Source: Eledone cirrhosa (Eukaryota). Taken from it: 64,000 bases of DNA. The DNA lies in assembly GCA_964016885.1 (NCBI GenBank), contig OZ024740.1, positions 317,254,001-317,318,000 of the forward strand, in the 5' to 3' direction. The translations under genes were made by a program, and so were the position numbers. Below the pieces are notes generated by a model. It did no database searches. It worked only from the letters and a program-made list of their open reading frames with translations, and was not told where the DNA came from. Below are positions 43,338 to 58,393 of the stretch, piece by piece; position 1 is the stretch's first letter; every line of letters starts with the position of its first letter.

Positions 43338-45641
43338 ATCATCATCATCATCATCATCATCAACGTTTAACGTCCGTGTTCCACGCTTGCATGGGTTTGG
43401 ACGGGGGTAGTCCCACTTGAGGCAAGAGTGATTGTCTTGCTCGCATAGGACTGTCTGGCAGGTTTTCTACAGTTGGATGCCCTTCCTAACACCAACCACA
43501 TTTACAGTGTGGGTCTGGGAGGTTTTTACCGTGTTGCCTACACGGCCACATTACAGCGTGGACTGTGTGTTTTTTTTGTCGTGACACTTACACGATCTCA
43601 TTTGTTTCGGCCTCGATGGCGCGGCACCAACATAACTTTACATAGAACGGGGTGGTGTGGATGGGGTGGGGGTGGGGGTGGTGGGACGGGGTGTATTTTG
43701 TTAGAGATGCCTACTGGCTGGAGTAGGTTTTACTATATATTTAGGTAAGGCGGGTCTTCTCTGTTACTGAGTACCGCCAAAGGTCTCGGTCCAGTGACAT
43801 TGTCTTGGAGAGGTGTAAGTGTGTGATGTCGGAGTTTATCAGCTCGTCCCAGGTTTTCTAGGTCTGCCTATTCCGTGACTACCGTCTATCTTTATTGCCC
43901 TGCACTTTGTTATACAGCTATCGACTTTCATGCGCATCACGTGTCCATACCAACGTAGCCTTCTCTCGAGTAAACAACATCTGATCCCTCTTATCTCTAA
44001 TTTTTTCCTTAGTTCGTTTATGCTTTGCCGTTCACGTATATTACTGTTACACATCCAGCGGAGCATGCAAGCTTCGTTCCTCTCTAGTCTGCGTATATCC
44101 TCTGCACACAATGCCCAGGTCTCACTGCCATGCAGCATTGCTGTTCGTATGCAGGCATCGTACAACCTGCCTTTCATTTTTAGTGAGAACCCTTTAGCAG
44201 CTAATAGTGGTATAAGCTCTCTGAACTTTTCCAACCAGTTCTGACTCTAGCTACAGTACTTTCAGAGCACCCTCCCCCACTGCTGATTTTATCGCCCAGG
44301 TAACGGAAGCTGTCCACTATTTCTATAGAACCCTCTGCGCAATTGAAAGAGCTAGTAGTTTGTGGGCACTTGCTGCTACTTATTGCACCAGAACACCGGC
44401 CACATGTAAAATCTATGTTCTTAGTTAGCTTACCTGTGATCCCACTACATCTTTTATGCACCCATACTTTGCATTTAGGACATAAAATGGAGTTTCTACC
44501 TACGCCTTTCCTACACACCGAGCACGACCATTTCCCAGAAGGGACCGCCGCCTTGTTTTCTTTCCTACAAACTAGTACTTTGGTCTTAGCCAGGTTAATT
44601 TTAAGTCCTTTTGACTCTAGGCCGTGCTTCCATGTTTGGAATTTCTTCTCTAGCTCGGCCATTGATTCCGCTATGAGTGTCAGGTCGTCTGCGTATAGGA
44701 GTTCCCATGGGCAGCCTGTCTTGAACTCCTCTGTTATAGCCTGAAGGGCAATAATAAATAGTAGTGGGCTGAGAACAGAGCCCTGATGGACGCCAACTTT
44801 TACGCTAAACTCTTCACTATATTCGTTGTTAATTCTAACCTTGCTGACTGTTTCTTTATACATGGCTTGTATAGCCCTCACAAGCCATTCGTCAACGCCT
44901 AGTTTTCTAAGAGCCCACCAGATAATGGAGCGGGGGACTCTGTCGAAGGCTTTCTCCAAGTCGACAAAAGCTAAGTAGAGGGGTTTACCTTTAGCTAGGT
45001 ACTTCTCCAGTAGTTGTCGTACTATGAAAAGAGCGTCTGTGGTACTTTTGCCTGACACAAACCCGAACTGCATTTCATCTAGGTCAATTCTCTCTCTGAT
45101 TAGTTGCGCTATTACTTTTTCCGTGACCTTCATGACCTGGTCGATTAATTTAATGCCTCTATAGTTACTCCTATCTAGGGCGTCTCCTTTACCCTTATAA
45201 CAGTTAACGATGATGCTGCTATGCCAGTCCTTCGGAACAACCCCATTCTGTACGACTTGGTTAACTATGCGGGTGACCATGGTGTGTCCCACCGTGCCAG
45301 ATGCCTTCAGCATCTCAGCAACTATTTCCGAAGGCCCAGCCGCCTTACCCGTCTTCATATCCTTGATTGCCTTACTTATTATACTCCCCTCGACTAACAC
45401 TGCTGGTCCCTCTATTGGGTCGATATGGGGGAGACTGCCTTTCTCGCAATTATTCTCCTCATTTAGTAGCCTTTCATAGTGACACTTCCAAGCTACCTTC
45501 TTATCAGCGTCGGTGATGGCAAGTGTGCCATCGTCGTTTAGTACACACTTCTCCCCGACAATATCACGGTTTTCCTTGACGCATTGCCTAGCAATCCTGA
45601 ACACCTCACGTTTTTGGTCATCGCGTTGTAGAACATGCTTG
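43338..45641 (-). mobile_element. RTE LINE subfamily B, 5'-truncated, two single-base deletions
   Basis: RT and PHD in ORF 44201-45641; 1-bp deletions in homopolymers near 44230 and 43855; both ends in (TA)n. Confidence 0.95.
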
Positions 45642-45927
45642 ATATATATATATACATACATATATATATACATACATATATATATATATATATATACATA
45701 TACACACATATATATATATATATACATATACACATATATATATATATACACACATATATATATATATACACACATATATATATATACACACATATATATA
45801 TATACACACACATATATATATATATATATACATACATATATATATATATATATGCACACATATATATATATATATATACACACATATATATATATATATA
45901 TATACACATATATATATATATATATAT

Positions 45928-46004
<77 letters not shown>

Positions 46005-46177
46005 CACATATATATATATATACACATATATATATATATACATATATTTATCTAATTACTCACTGCCACCAAGAATTCTCACCGCTATCGAAAAACCACT
46101 CCTTCAACTATTCTTCTAACAACTTCACCCCTCCCTCCTAATATTCTCTATAAAAACTAAATAGGTCCTCAGTAATA

Positions 46178-46297
46178 TTATTCTGATGAAATGACAGTAA
46201 ATAATAACATTGAAATATTGAATGTCTGCATAACTAAAAGTTTGTAGATAGCAGCTGTTTTAGGTTATGTAACTGTTATAGAAACACGTGTCAATAA
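46178..46297 (+). ncRNA. Type-I hammerhead ribozyme with long stem II insertion
   Basis: TTATT-CTGATGA-A-ATGACAGT...ACTGTTAT-A-GAAA-CACGTG-TC-AATAA. Palindromic stem III and GUC site; first pair of stem II mismatched. Confidence 0.65.
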
Positions 46298-46470
46298 ATT
46301 CCTTTCAACTAAACTGTATCCATTCAAATCTTTCTATTTTTCTCCGGATTACTTTTGGAACTACAACTGGAACCGTCGAGCAAACTCTACGTGAGCTGAT
46401 AATCTACTGTGTGTAATATTTATATTACAACACAACGGAAAATACTGTATACATATATTTATATATATAT

Positions 46471-46509
<39 letters not shown>

Positions 46510-46534
46510 TATATACATATATATATACATATAT

Positions 46535-46860
46535 ATCATCATCATCAACGTTCAACGTCCGTGTTCCACGCTTGCATGGGTTTGGATGGGGGTTTTCCCA
46601 CTTGAGACAAGAGTGATTGTCTTGCTCGCATAGGACTGTCTGTCAGGTTTTCTACAGTTGGATGCCCTTCCTAACACCAACCACATTTACAGTGTGGGTC
46701 TGGGAGGTTTTTACCGTGTTGCCTACACGGCCACATTACAGTGTGGACTGTGTTTTTTTTGTCGTGACACCTACATGATCTCATTTGTTTCGGCCTGGAT
46801 GGTGTGGCACCAACATAACTTTACATAGAAGGGGGCAGTGTGGATGGGGTGGGACGGGGT
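46535..46860 (-). mobile_element. RTE-B 3'UTR-only copy
   Basis: Matches 43338-43690. A small opposite-strand piece lies at 47149-47213. Confidence 0.9.
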
Positions 46861-46872
46861 TATATATATACT

Positions 46873-46930
<58 letters not shown>

Positions 46931-46932
46931 AG

Positions 46933-46968
<36 letters not shown>

Positions 46969-47010
46969 TGTATATGTATATATATATGTATATATATATA
47001 TATATATATC

Positions 47011-47047
<37 letters not shown>

Positions 47048-47048
47048 G

Positions 47049-47081
<33 letters not shown>

Positions 47082-47084
47082 GTG

Positions 47085-47146
<62 letters not shown>

Positions 47147-47211
47147 TGTAGGTAACACAGTAAAAACCTCCCAGTCCACACTGTAAACATGGTTGGTGTT
47201 AGGAAGGGCAT

Positions 47212-47325
<114 letters not shown>

Positions 47326-47702
47326 TTATATATATACACATATATATATATACACACACATATATATATACATACATATATATATATACATATATATACA
47401 CACACACATATATATACATATATATACACACACACATATATATATATACATACATATATATATATACATACATACATACATATATACATACATACATATA
47501 TATATATACATACATACATATATATATACATACATACATACATACATATATATATATACATACATATATATATACCTACATATATATACACATACATATA
47601 TACATACATATACACACACATATATATATACATACATATATATATATACATACATACATATACACACACATATATATATACATACATATACACACACATA
47701 TA

Positions 47703-47734
<32 letters not shown>

Positions 47735-47794
47735 CATATATATATATACATACATATACATATATATATACATATATATATACATACATATACA

Positions 47795-47826
<32 letters not shown>

Positions 47827-47837
47827 CATACATATAT

Positions 47838-47868
<31 letters not shown>

Positions 47869-48329
47869 CATACATATATATATATATATACATACATATA
47901 TATATATATATACATATACATACATATATATACATACATATACATACATATATATATATATACATATATATACACACATATATATATACACACACGTATA
48001 TATATACATACATATATATATATACATACATATATATATATATATACATACATATATATATACATACATATATATATATATATATATACGTCTGTGTGTG
48101 TGGGTGATTGCGTGTTACTAACTGTTTGTGCGTATGAATGTGAATATGTGCATAGCAGTATATGCACGTCTTTCAGCTAATGAGTGTGGATATGAGTGGT
48201 TGCGTGCGTATAAGTGCGTATGCATGTTCATGTTTATGAGTGTGTTTGTGTCCATGTGTGTGCGTGTGTTCGTGCGTATAATTGGGTTTATGCGTATGAG
48301 TGTTTGTGTATATAAGAGTGTGTGTGCGT

Positions 48330-49750
48330 ATGAGAGCGTGTTTAAGCATATGAGAGTGTGTTTAAGCATATGAGAGTGTGTTTAAGCATATGAGAGCGTG
48401 TTTAAGCATATGAGAGCGTGTTTAAGCGTATGAGAGTGTGTTTAAGCGTATGAGAGCGTGTTTAAGCGTATGAGAGTGTGTTTAAGCGTATGAGAGCGTG
48501 ATTAAGCGTATGAGAGCGTGTTTAAGCGTATGAGAGTGTGTTTAAGCGTATGAGAGTGTGTTTAAGCGTATGAGAGCGTGTTTAAGCGTATGAGAGCGTG
48601 TTTAAGCGTATGAGAGCGTGTTTAAGCGTATGAGAGCGTGTTTAAGCGTATGAGAGCGTGTTTAAGCATATGAGAGCGTGTTTAAGCATATGAGAGCGTG
48701 TTTAAGCGTATGAGAGTGTGTTTAAGCGTATGAGAGCGTGATTAAGCGTATGAGAGCGTGATTAAGCGTATGAGAGCGTGATTAAGCGTATGAGAGCGTG
48801 TTTAAGCGTATGAGAGCGTGTTTAAGCGTATGAGAGCGTGTTTAAGCGTATGAGAGTGTGTTTAAGCGTATGAGAGCGTGTTTAAGCGTATGAGAGCGTG
48901 TTTAAGCGTATGAGAGCGTGTTTAAGCGTATGAGAGCGTGTTTAAGCGTATGAGAGTGTGTTTGTGCATATGAGTGTGTTTAAGCGTATGAGAGCGTGAT
49001 TAAGCGTATGAGAGCGTGTTTAAGCATATGAGAGCGTGTTTAAGCGTATGAGAGCGTGATTAAGCGTATGAGAGCGTGATTAAGCGTATGAGAGCGTGTT
49101 TAAGCGTATGAGAGCGTGATTAAGCGTATGAGAGCGTGATTAAGCGTATGAGAGCGTGTTTAAGCGCATGAGAGTGTGTTTAAGCGCATGAGAGTGTGTT
49201 TGTGCATATGAGAGTGTGTTTAAGCGTATATGAGTGTGTGTGCGTATAAGAGCGTGTTTAAGCGTATGAGAGCGTGTTTAAGCACATGAGAGCGTGTTTA
49301 AGCGTATGAGAGCGTATTTAAGCGTATGAGAGCATGTTTAAAAGTATGAGAGTGTGTTTAAGCATATGAGAGCGTGTTTAAGCATATGAGAGCGTGTTTA
49401 AGCATATGAGAGCGTGTTTAAGCATATGAGAGCGTGATTAAGCGTATGAGAGCGTGTTTAAGCATATGAGAGCGTGTTTGTGCATATGAGAGTGTGTTTG
49501 TGCATATGAGAGTGTGTTTAAGTGTATGAGAGCGTGATTAAGCGTATGAGAGCGTGTTTAAGCATATGAGAGCGTGATTAAGCGTATGAGAGCGTGTTTA
49601 AGCGTATGAGAGTGTGTTTGTGTATATGAGAGTGTGTGTGCATATGAGAGCGTTTTTAAGCATATGAGAGCGTGTTTAAGCACATGAGAGCGTGTTTAAA
49701 AGTATGAGAGTGTGTTTGTGCATATGAGAGTGTCTTTGTGCGTATGAGAG
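48330..49750. repeat. Minisatellite, 20-bp unit
   Basis: About 70 copies of tatgagag[c/t]gtg[t/a]ttaagc[g/a], decaying into TG-rich sequence at both edges. Confidence 0.96.
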
Positions 49751-51233
49751 TGGGTTTATGCGTACGTATGTTCGTGCATGAGAGTGTGTTTATGCCTATG
49801 TATGTATGTTTGTGCGTATGTATGTTTGTGCGTATGAATGTGTTTGTGCATATGAAAGTGTGTTTGTGCATGTGAGTTTCTACATATGGGTGTTTGAGCG
49901 TATAACAATGTAAGTGTGAGTGATTTTGCGTATGGATGTGTGTTTATGTGCATGAGATTGGGCGTGTGAGAGTGTTAATGTGTAGGAGTGTATATTTTGT
50001 CATATTTGCGTGTTTGTTGCTTGTGCATACTAGCGAGTGTCGAGAGTGCATACATAGGTGTGTTTGTGTATATCAGACTTTACATGTGTTCACGCGTATT
50101 CTAACCACAGATCAACCTTGAACCAGATTTATGATCAAAGACATTCCACCCAGGACCAACCTATCCTTTTGTTAAAAAATACCGCTTTTTATTAGATTAC
50201 TTTGTGGGGTTTGTGGGTAGCATACATACATACCCATATACATACACACATTCAGGCAGGCATATATTACATACCCATATACATACACACATTCAGGCAG
50301 ACATATATTACATACATACATACCCATATACATACACACATACCCATATACATACACATATTACATACATACATACATACACATATACATACATACATAT
50401 ATTCAGACAGACATTTATATATCGATACATACATACATACATACATACATACATACATACCAGGGGCGAAGGGTCCGTGCATGCGTTATAGAATCTTGAG
50501 TTAATCAATTGCTTCAGTTGAAGCAAGCAGAATTTTGACTGCTTACTAAATCGTAGACACATAAAAAGATAACACACACACACACACACACTAGATAACA
50601 CTACATGCGGCTTTGACCAGGAGGGTCATTTAGAGGGAATTGATGGGGGGAGGGGGTAAGGCTGCACAGCCCCACTTTCCGCCATGGCGATTGGACTGCA
50701 TGCTCTGCTTTCCAGGTTACTCTTCGCCACTGATACATACACATATACATGTACACACACCTACACATACATACATACATACACAGACACATACATAGAT
50801 ATATACACATACACACACACAGATACATGTATGCATATTCTGTATTATGGCTAAAGTGTTGTGTGTTGTAGCTGTGGAGCTGCTTCACCTGTACATTCAC
50901 AGGATCATCAGATAAGACAGTCTTCTCTGAAGTTCCTGTAACACAGGTGAAACTCCAAAGTAACAACACTCACCATTTAGCCAGAATAAATGAGTATTTC
51001 AACTCTACTTTGGTAAAGAGTACTTGTCATAACGTCAATATCATATGTGCGCAGGTGTGTATATATGTGTGTGTGTGTGCGTGTGTGTATCATCATCATC
51101 ATCTTCGTTTAACGTCCATCTTCCCACGCTAGCATGGGTTAGACGGAAGTTGTCCCGCTTGAGGCAAGGTTGGGCGGGTGACCGTGTCTCGCTCATATAG
51201 GACTATCTGGCAGTGTATATGTATATATATATG

Positions 51234-51280
<47 letters not shown>

Positions 51281-51316
51281 TTGTGTGTGTGTCTATGTAT
51301 ATATGTAATTTTATAT

Positions 51317-51689
51317 ATCATCATCATCATCATCACCGTTTTACGTCCGTTCTTCCACGCTAGCATGGGTTAGACGGGTTGTCCTGTTGTGGGCAGTGTC
51401 TGGTCGGCTGACCATGCCTTGCTCATACAGGAACTGATCTGGCTTGATTTCTACAGCTGGATGCCCTTCCTAACACCAACCTCATTTACAGTGAGTGCTG
51501 GGTGCTTTTTCGTGGCGCCTACACGTCCACTTTACAGTGTGGGCTGGGTGCTTTTTTTGCCGTGGCACCTCCACGACCACCTTGCGGTGGGAGGAGTGGG
51601 GGCACATTGTTTATATGCTTCAGCATGTACCCATGGGAGGTCGGGTACCCTGTATTACTGCGTGACGCCAGAAGTCACGGTCGTGTGTC

Positions 51690-51692
<3 letters not shown>
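51317..51692 (-). mobile_element. RTE-A 3' fragment flanked by (TA)n
   Basis: Near-identical to 15023-15397. An additional tail-only copy lies at 51089-51212. Confidence 0.93.
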
Positions 51693-51740
<48 letters not shown>

Positions 51741-51814
51741 AAGAGTGTGTGGTAAGAAACCAGGTGGACCGTAACGCACCAAAGTACTCAATACTTAGGG
51801 TAGCAGAGTGGGTA

Positions 51815-51935
51815 ATAGGAAAAGAGTCAGGACCCTGACGGCTGAGCTCAAGCCGTTTCAACAGCTAGAGTCATTCGGATCTAGCTGTCAAAATGGCTGG
51901 AGCTCAGCCGTCAGGGTCCTGACTCTTTTCCTATA
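51815..51935. repeat. Long hairpin (~55-bp arms) of a dispersed fold-back element
   Basis: ataggaaaagagtcaggaccctgacggctgagctc / gagctcagccgtcagggtcctgactcttttcctat. Partial copies near 31100-31142 and 35135-35178. Confidence 0.85.
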
Positions 51936-52189
51936 TATATATATATATGTATGCTTATATGTATGTTTGCATGTATGTGCACATGTGTGTGTATGTATGT
52001 GTGTGTGCGTGTATGTATGGGTGTATGTATGCATGTATGCATGCGTGTGTGTGTATGTATGCATTTATGTATGTGTGTATGTATGTATGTATGCATGTGT
52101 GTGTGTATGTATGCGTTTATGTATGTGTGTATCTCTTGCTAGCTGGGAAAGAGGGCATTAACTAGTGACGATAAAGTATGCATATATAT

Positions 52190-52249
<60 letters not shown>

Positions 52250-52520
52250 ATATATATGTGTGTGTGTGTGTGTGTGTATGTGGGTACATATATAAGTATG
52301 GTCACATACTTAGATATCCGTAAACTGTTCTGCCAATCCCCTTATGTGGGAAGCGGGACTAAATAGGCTATGTGTACTATATATGGTGTGGCATATACTG
52401 GGCTAGATCAAACACTTAGATGCAATGGGCCTGAATACACACACACATATATATATAAGCATATATACACACATGAAAGCATGCGTGTATGCACTCATAA
52501 CCATCATGTATGTGCGTGTG

Positions 52521-52650
<130 letters not shown>

Positions 52651-52765
52651 CATATATATACATATATATACATATATATATAATAGACACTGAGATGTAC
52701 ATAAATAAATGTGTGTGTGCCTGTGCATATCTCTCTGTCTCTCTCTAAAGATAATAATAATAATA

Positions 52766-52817
<52 letters not shown>

Positions 52818-52826
52818 TACATACAT

Positions 52827-52907
<81 letters not shown>

Positions 52908-53507
52908 ATTTATGTTTAGAAAGCGGCGAGCGAGTTTGGAAATATAAGAAGACTACGTCATAACTTTGACTAAATAATATAGCCGAATAATAACGGGGCG
53001 TATAAACCCACTGAACGGAGAACGGAAAGTGATGGGGCTCAGCACATATGGGAGTTGAAACCACATATCGTTTGCCGGACAAGTGTGCTACCATTACGAA
53101 TAATGAAGTTGAAGATTTTGGAATTGTCCAGCCCATGCAAGCATTATCAAGATCCGATACGTTACACGTGATAAGGTCTGCATCTGTGTGTGTCTACATT
53201 TTCCTGCATGTATAGATAGATACATACATATGCACACACACATATATATACATACGCACATATATGTACACATATAAAAAAACAAAAAACACATACATAT
53301 ATACATATAAAAGCACACACAGGTACGTTCGTACCCACAAACATATATATATATATATCAAAACCCACCTATTCAAAAAAAAAAATAACCATGAAAGAGG
53401 ACGTTTGTTATTTAACTGCGCAAAAGCACACACAGTTTTTACACACATATCTATGCACATATATGCAACATGCAGATTCCAAAATATACGCATTTCTAAT
53501 ACTAATG

Positions 53508-53538
<31 letters not shown>

Positions 53539-53714
53539 ATGGCTGAATAGTGAATCTTGTTACTCGGGAGTTTCGCCTGATGACCTTGTGATAAAGAGGT
53601 GAAATTTCAAAGTAACAGGATTCACTATTTAGCCTTAATAATATATAACTTTACTTCGGTACTGAGTACTTTTCAAAATTCTGGTCACTACTCAATATAC
53701 ATTGAGAATCCACC

Positions 53715-53756
<42 letters not shown>

Positions 53757-53763
<7 letters not shown>

Positions 53764-53917
53764 TCCATATATGTATACTGAAATACTAGTATGTATATGA
53801 ATACACACACGTATACATATATAGATGTACCAAGTTTTTTCACTGGTCACTTTACTGTGAGTGGCCAGTGTATTGATATACATACTAGTATTTCAGTATA
53901 CATATATGGATGTACAT
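53757..53917. repeat. Inverted repeat, ~50-bp arms
   Basis: atgtacatccatatatgtatactgaaatactagtatgtatat and its reverse complement at 53876-53917. Confidence 0.85.
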
Positions 53918-54003
53918 CTTTAACTTAATTATATATATATGTATTTATATATATATATTTATATATATGTATATATATATATGTATTTATTTATATATAT
54001 ATG

Positions 54004-54114
<111 letters not shown>

Positions 54115-54135
54115 GTATTTATTTATATATATATG

Positions 54136-54188
<53 letters not shown>

Positions 54189-54207
54189 GTATTTATATAT
54201 ATATATG

Positions 54208-54268
<61 letters not shown>

Positions 54269-54283
54269 TTATATATATATATG

Positions 54284-54342
<59 letters not shown>

Positions 54343-54430
54343 TTATATATATATATATATATATATATGTCGTTTCTGAATTTGTTTAGCAAGATTCTTT
54401 ATCTGAAATCGTGTGTTGAAACCGATATTA

Positions 54431-54951
54431 TTATACTTTGGGAGGGTCATGTTGCCAATAAGAAACACACGCACCAGTTGCTTTCACTTCAATTTAATTT
54501 AATATATATTTATAAATTTACAAATTTATAAATTTCTGGTTGGTTGGTTGGTTCCACAACCAGATAGTTGTTTATATATATATAGTCATAGTTCTTTCGT
54601 CACACACTCTGTGACCTCTTCAGTGACTGGGGATTTCTTTCTTCGTTTCTGTGCCTTTCCTTTCTTCTATCCTACGCCATTTTGCTTGTGTCACAAGCAA
54701 AATGGCGTAGGATAGAAGAAAGGAAAGGCACAGAAACGAAGAAAGAAATCCCCAGTCACTGAAGAGGTCACAGAGTGTGTGACGAAAGAACTATGACTAT
54801 ATATATATAAACAACTATCTGGTTGTGGAACCAACCAACCAACCAGAAATTTATAAATTTGTAAATTTATAAATATATATTAAATTAAATTGAAGTGAAA
54901 GCAACTGGTGCGTGTGTTTCTTATTGGCAACATGACCCTCCCAAAGTATAA
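54431..54951. repeat. Perfect palindrome: 260-bp arms, 1-nt centre (54691)
   Basis: ...tttgcttgtg-T-cacaagcaaa...; arms checked out to ttatactttg / caaagtataa. Confidence 0.95.
54754..54798 (+). ncRNA. Minimal hammerhead-like motif (mirror copy on minus strand at 54584-54628)
   Basis: AGTCA-CTGAAGA-G-GTCACA(GAGTG)TGTGAC-GAAA-GAAC-TA-TGACT. Stems I and II pair; stem III is extremely short. Confidence 0.6.
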
Positions 54952-54953
54952 CA

Positions 54954-55071
<118 letters not shown>

Positions 55072-55072
55072 T

Positions 55073-55107
<35 letters not shown>

Positions 55108-55108
55108 T

Positions 55109-55147
<39 letters not shown>

Positions 55148-55187
55148 TTATATATATATGTATATGTATATATATATATATGTGTAT

Positions 55188-55219
<32 letters not shown>

Positions 55220-55242
55220 GTGTATATATATATGTGTATATA

Positions 55243-55276
<34 letters not shown>

Positions 55277-55277
<1 letters not shown>

Positions 55278-57539
55278 GTGTTCAGGATTGCTAGGCAATG
55301 CGTCAAGGAAAACCGTGATATTGTCGGGGAGAAGTGTGTACTAAACGACGATGGCACACTTGCCATCACCGACGCTGATAAGAAGGTAGCTTGGAAGTGT
55401 CACTATGAAAGGCTTCTAAATGAGGAGAATAATTGGGAGAAAGGCAGTCTCCCCCATATCGACCCAATAGAGGGACCAGCAGTGTTAGTCGAGGGGAGTA
55501 TAATAAGTAAGGCAATCAAGGATATGAAGACTGGTAAGGCGGCTGGGCCTTCGGAAATAGTTGCTGAGATGCTGAAGGCATCTGGCACGGTGGGACACAC
55601 CATGGTCACCCGCATAGTTAACCAAGTCGTACAGAATGGGGTTGTTCCGAAGGACTGGCATAGCAGCATCATCGTTAACTGTTATAAGGGTAAAGGAGAC
55701 GCCCTAGATAGGAGTAACTATAGAGGCATTAAATTAATCGACCAGGTCATGAAGGTCACGGAAAGAGTAATAGCGCAACTAATCAGAGAGAGAATTGACC
55801 TAGATGAAATGCAGTTAGGGTTTGTGTCAGGCAAAAGTACCACAGACGCTCTTTTCATAGTACGACAACTACAGGAGAAGTACCTAGCTAAAGGTAAACC
55901 CCTCTACTTAGCTTTTGTCGACTTGGAGAAAGCCTTCGACAGAGTCCCCCGCTCCATTATCTGGTGGGCTCTTAGAAAACTAGGCGTTGACGAATGGCTT
56001 GTGAGGGCTATACAAGCCATGTATAAAGAAACAGTCAGCAAGGTTAGAATTAACAACGAATATAGTGAAGAGTTTAGCGTAAAAGTTGGCGTCCATCAGG
56101 GCTCTGTTCTCAGTCCACTACTATTTATTATTGCCCTTCAGGCTATAACAGAGGAGTTCAAGACAGGCTGCCCATGGGAACTCCTATACGCAGACGACCT
56201 GACACTCATAGCGGAATCAATGGCCGAGCTAGAGAAGAAATTCCAAACATGGAAGCACGGCCTAGAGTCAAAAGGACTTAAAATTAACCTGGCTAAGACC
56301 AAAGTACTAGTTTGTAGGAAAGAAAACAAGGCGGCGGTCCCTTCTGGGAAATGGTCGTGCTCGGTGTGTAGGAAAGGCGTAGGTAGAAACTCCATTTTAT
56401 GTCCTAAATGCAAAGTATGGGTGCATAAAAGATGTAGTGGGATCACAGGTAAGCTAACTAAGAACATAGATTTTACATGTGGCCGGTGCTCTGGTGCAAT
56501 AAGTAGCAGCAAGTGCCCACAAACTACTAGCTCTTTCAATTGCGCAGAGGGTTCTATAGAAATAGTGGACAGCTTCCGTTACCTGGGCGATAAAATCAGC
56601 AGTGGGGGAGGGTGCTCTGAAAGTACTGTAGCTAGAGTCAGAACTGGTTGGAAAAAGTTCAGAGAGCTTATACCACTATTAGCTGCTAAAGGGTTCTCAC
56701 TAAAAATGAAAGGCAGGTTGTACGATGCCTGCATACGAACAGCAATGCTGCATGGCAGTGAGACCTGGGCATTGTGTGCAGAGGATATACGCAGACTAGA
56801 GAGGAACGAAGCTTGCATGCTCCGCTGGATGTGTAACAGTAATATACGTGAACGGCAAAGCATAAACGAACTAAGGAAAAAATTAGAGATAAGAGGGATC
56901 AGATGTTGTTTACTCGAGAGAAGGCTACGTTGGTATGGACACGTGATGCGCATGAAAGTCGATAGCTGTATAACAAAGTGCAGGGCAATAAAGATAGACG
57001 GTAGTCACGGAATAGGCAGACCTAGAAAAACCTGGGACGAGCTGATAAACTCCGACATCACACACTTACACCTCTCCAAGACAATGTCACTGGACCGAGA
57101 CCTTTGGCGGTACTCAGTAACAGAGAAGACCCGCCTTACCTAAATATATAGTAAAACCTACTCCAGCCAGTAGGCATCTCTAACAAAATACACCCCGTCC
57201 CACCACCACCACCCCCACCCGATCCACACCACCCCGTTCTATGTAAAGTTATGTTGGTGCCGCGCCATCGAGGCCGAAACAAATGAGATCGTGTAGGTGT
57301 CACGACAAAAAAACACACAGTCCACGCTGTAATGTGGCCGTGTAGGCAACACGGTAAAAACCTCCCAGACCCACACTGTAAATGTGGTTGGTGTTAGAAA
57401 GGGCATCCAACTGTAGAAAACCTGCCAGACAGTCCTATGCGAGCAAGACAATCACTCTTGCCTCAAGTGGGACTACCCCCGTCCAAACCCATGCAAGCGT
57501 GGAACACGGACGTTAAACGTTGATGATGATGATGATGAT
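55277..57539 (+). mobile_element. RTE LINE subfamily B, 5'-truncated
   Basis: Uninterrupted ORF, ~390-bp 3'UTR, (GAT)n tail, (TA)n on both sides. Confidence 0.96.
55278..57143 (+). CDS. RTE reverse transcriptase with embedded PHD finger (5'-truncated, no endonuclease)
   Basis: [58 protein letters not shown]. Confidence 0.93.
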   Translation: MFRIARQCVKENRDIVGEKCVLNDDGTLAITDADKKVAWKCHYERLLNEENNWEKGSLPHIDPIEGPAVLVEGSIISKAIKDMKTGKAAGPSEIVAEMLKASGTVGHTMVTRIVNQVVQNGVVPKDWHSSIIVNCYKGKGDALDRSNYRGIKLIDQVMKVTERVIAQLIRERIDLDEMQLGFVSGKSTTDALFIVRQLQEKYLAKGKPLYLAFVDLEKAFDRVPRSIIWWALRKLGVDEWLVRAIQAMYKETVSKVRINNEYSEEFSVKVGVHQGSVLSPLLFIIALQAITEEFKTGCPWELLYADDLTLIAESMAELEKKFQTWKHGLESKGLKINLAKTKVLVCRKENKAAVPSGKWSCSVCRKGVGRNSILCPKCKVWVHKRCSGITGKLTKNIDFTCGRCSGAISSSKCPQTTSSFNCAEGSIEIVDSFRYLGDKISSGGGCSESTVARVRTGWKKFRELIPLLAAKGFSLKMKGRLYDACIRTAMLHGSETWALCAEDIRRLERNEACMLRWMCNSNIRERQSINELRKKLEIRGIRCCLLERRLRWYGHVMRMKVDSCITKCRAIKIDGSHGIGRPRKTWDELINSDITHLHLSKTMSLDRDLWRYSVTEKTRLT

Positions 57540-57654
57540 ATATATATATATGTATGTATATATATATATATGTATGTATATATATATATGTATATGTATG
57601 TATATATATATATATATATGTATATGTATGTATATATATATATATATATATATG

Positions 57655-57765
<111 letters not shown>

Positions 57766-57956
57766 ACAAAGCCAAAGTAAAAAGCGAAACCTAGTCAGTA
57801 GGCACTTCTAACAAATTACACCCCCGTCCCACTATCCCCACCCCATCCACACTACCCTGTGAATTAACAACCCAGCAAGGAACTGGGCATATCAGAGTAT
57901 TGACAATATCATACACCTAAACAACATATGTACTTGTCTATACCATACTAATTCAA

Positions 57957-58011
57957 ACTGCCTGAAGAGGTCACAGCCAAAGATGGCTGTCACTGAAATA
58001 TATATAGCAGT
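57957..58011 (+). ncRNA. Minimal type-I hammerhead ribozyme
   Basis: ACTGC-CTGAAGA-GGT(C)ACAGCCA(AAGA)TGGCTGT(C)ACT-GAAA-TATATA-TA-GCAGT, followed directly by AATAAA. Confidence 0.87.
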
Positions 58012-58108
58012 AATAAACGAAGCTAAATTTTAATCATTTGACTTTTATTTAACTTTATTATACATATGTATATATATATATATATATATATGTGTATATA
58101 TACATATG

Positions 58109-58160
<52 letters not shown>

Positions 58161-58204
58161 TATGGGTGTATATGTATATATATATGTGTATATATATATA
58201 TATA

Positions 58205-58319
<115 letters not shown>

Positions 58320-58393
58320 GTGTATATATATATATATATGTGTATATATATATATGTATATATATGTGTATATATATATATATGTGTGTATAT

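Noticed and set aside
41416-43410. Long Y/I/M/C/V/H/T-rich ORFs (up to 638 aa) here and throughout the window
   Set aside because: Translations of TA/CA/TG microsatellites, which lack stop codons.
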